From Chiloscyllium plagiosum (Eukaryota), in the NCBI RefSeq assembly GCF_004010195.1, contig NC_057746.1, positions 9,375,183-9,439,182 of the forward strand: DNA of 64,000 nt. The letters run 5' to 3'. Of this stretch, positions 61,976 through 64,000 are shown in pieces (within the stretch, counting starts at the first letter, position 1; each line of letters begins with the position of its first letter). Below the pieces are notes generated by a model. That model did not search any database, was not told where the DNA came from, and was given only the letters and a program-made list of their open reading frames with translations. Made by a program: the position numbers and the translations under genes.

Positions 61976-62785
61976 TAAGGTCCATGGAGTCTGCTCTTTC
62001 ATTGAATATGATCACGGCTGAACTTTGAGATCAATGTATCTTACCCACCTTGTTTCCGTATCCCTGTTTCCTCTAGTGCCCCATTGACATCCATCTTGAC
62101 TCCACAGATCAATTGTGTAATTTTGTGAGAAAGAATTTGAAAGATTACCAACTCACTGTGGAGGAATCTATCCTCATCCCATTCTGAAAGAATTGCTGCC
62201 TTAGTTTAAGTTTGTGACAGACAGCTCTGGACAACCAAACAGTCATCTCCTCAGAGCTCCTTGGACTCTACCCCGTCCAACATTCTATGCTTCACTGAGG
62301 TCACCTCTATTTTTCCAAACTTGAGAGTATCAGCCTATTCTACTTACATTTGCCTTGCAGAAGAACCATGTCATCCAATGAATATTTGAACCATTATTAG
62401 GTTCTAATGTATATATGTCCTTCCTTAGGTAAAGAGGCCAACACTGTACACAATAGTCCAGGTTTGATCTCATCGTAGCTCTACAAAATCACAGTTGGAT
62501 ATCTTCATTCTTATACTCAACTCACTTTTAAACCCTCTCACCCTCCTAAATGGTTTTTATGCTCTGTGTGTTCATTTTCTGTGATTTTGTTGACTTAAAA
62601 TGATTAGGTTTATTATTGTCACATGAACCTCACCAGAGTGAGAAGTTTTGCGTGCAAACAAAAGTTGGCCTCTTACAGGCAAAAGCTGGGGGAATTATAA
62701 CAGGATGAAGAGAAATAGCAGAAGAGTTGAATACATACTTTGATTCTGTCTTCACAAAAGAGAGCACAAAAGAACCTTCCAAAAT

Positions 62786-64000
62786 GCCAGAGCACCAAGA
62801 GTCGAGTGAGATAGTGGAACTGAAAAAAATTAGTATTAATAAGGAAATAGTGTGAGGGAAATCAATGGGGTTAACGGTTGGCAAATTACCAGACAGTTTA
62901 TATCCCAGAATATGAAAGAAAGCAGCCCTGCAAATATTGGATGCATTGGTGGGCATCTTTCAAAATTCAATAGACTCTCAAGCAGTTCCTTGCAGGATGG
63001 CAAATCTAACCCTGCAATTAAAAAAGGGGGAGTGAGAAAAAAAATTGGAGAATTACAGAATAGTTAGCCAAACAGTAGCGGGATAAATACAAAGTCTATC
63101 ATGAAAGATGTGATCACTTGAAAGCAATAACGAGAATGGCCAAATGAGGTGGAGTCTGGGGGCAGTGGGACACAACTAGAGAGTCTGGACAGGGATGGAG
63201 CCTAGAAAGAATATAATGCTGATCACAAAATGTTGTTAATTGCTGGGAAAATACATCTTACTCACTACTGTCCTTTAGGGAAGCAAACTACCATCTTTAC
63301 CTGGTCTGGCTTGAATGTGACTCCAAACCCAAAGCAGTGTGGTTGACTCTTAACTGCCCTGTGGGCAAATAGTTACAGGTAATAAATGCCACAAATGACA
63401 ACCACATCCAGTGAATGAAGGCTTTTTTTTTATAGTTGCGCAATAGAAAGCATCCTATCCAGATCCATCACGGCTTGGTGTGGCATCTGCTCTGACCAAG
63501 CGATTAGTGAATGCAGCCCAGGACATCATGCAAGCCTTCTATCAATTGGCTCCATCTATATGTCTCACTGCCTCAAGAAAACAGCCCAACACAATAAAAG
63601 ATTCCTTCCACCCTGGTTACCTCTTTCAACTAGTTCTGTCACACAGAAGATACAAAAGCTTAAATACATCAGATACCAACAGATTCACAAACAGCTTCTT
63701 CTCTGCTGTTATTAGACTTCTGAATAGATCTCTCAAATTTTAAATTTATTGTTGATCTCACTCTTTACGCACGTTCTCTGCAGCCTTAACATTGTATTCT
63801 TCACCCTGTTCTATTACCCTTATGCACGTTGTATGGTGCATAAGGGTAATATTTCCAGGGCTGCTTTCTTTCATATTCTGGGATATAAACTGTCTGGTGA
63901 TTTGCCAACCATTAACCCCATTGATTTCCCTCACACGATTTCCTTATTAATACTAATTTTTTTCAGTTCCACTATCTCACTCGACTCTTGGTGCCCTGGC
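62786..64000. repeat. Inverted duplication of a CR1-derived segment (62786-62938 vs 63848-64000, running off the window)
   Basis: Reverse-complement match with only a few mismatches over ~150 bp. Confidence 0.88.

Overview
Repeat-rich vertebrate DNA, almost certainly an elasmobranch (shark). That assignment is inferred from HE1/V-SINE-type SINEs, CR1/HER1-type LINEs and Penelope-like elements. There are three assembly gaps. I could assemble two spliced, divergently oriented genes by hand. (1) A complete, open, five-exon MHC class I heavy-chain gene on the + strand: leader 42137-42188, alpha1 49738-49998, alpha2 52458-52733, alpha3 55767-56039, TM+cytoplasmic 61470-61624; all introns phase 1; about 338 aa. 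It has lost most peptide-terminus anchor residues and the N86 glycan site and has a strongly hydrophobic groove, i.e. a non-classical, possibly lipid-binding (CD1-like) lineage. (2) A minus-strand gene: candidate exon 20242-20214, then 9118-8810, 4514-4406 and 1558-1360, continuing out of the window. It encodes a ZSWIM3-N/FAR1-WRKY-like domain typical of Mutator-like (MULE) transposases and is probably domesticated. Its candidate promoter is a CpG island carrying a 41-bp-phased array of NRF1-like sites. Other notable structure: hammerhead-ribozyme cores in Penelope termini, including palindromic mini-elements; a solo LTR in the MHC intron hit repeatedly at one site beside its TATA box by polyA-tailed retroposon fragments; three minisatellites; and several local duplications, some possibly assembly artefacts. 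Most ORF-track ORFs are spurious products of repeats.
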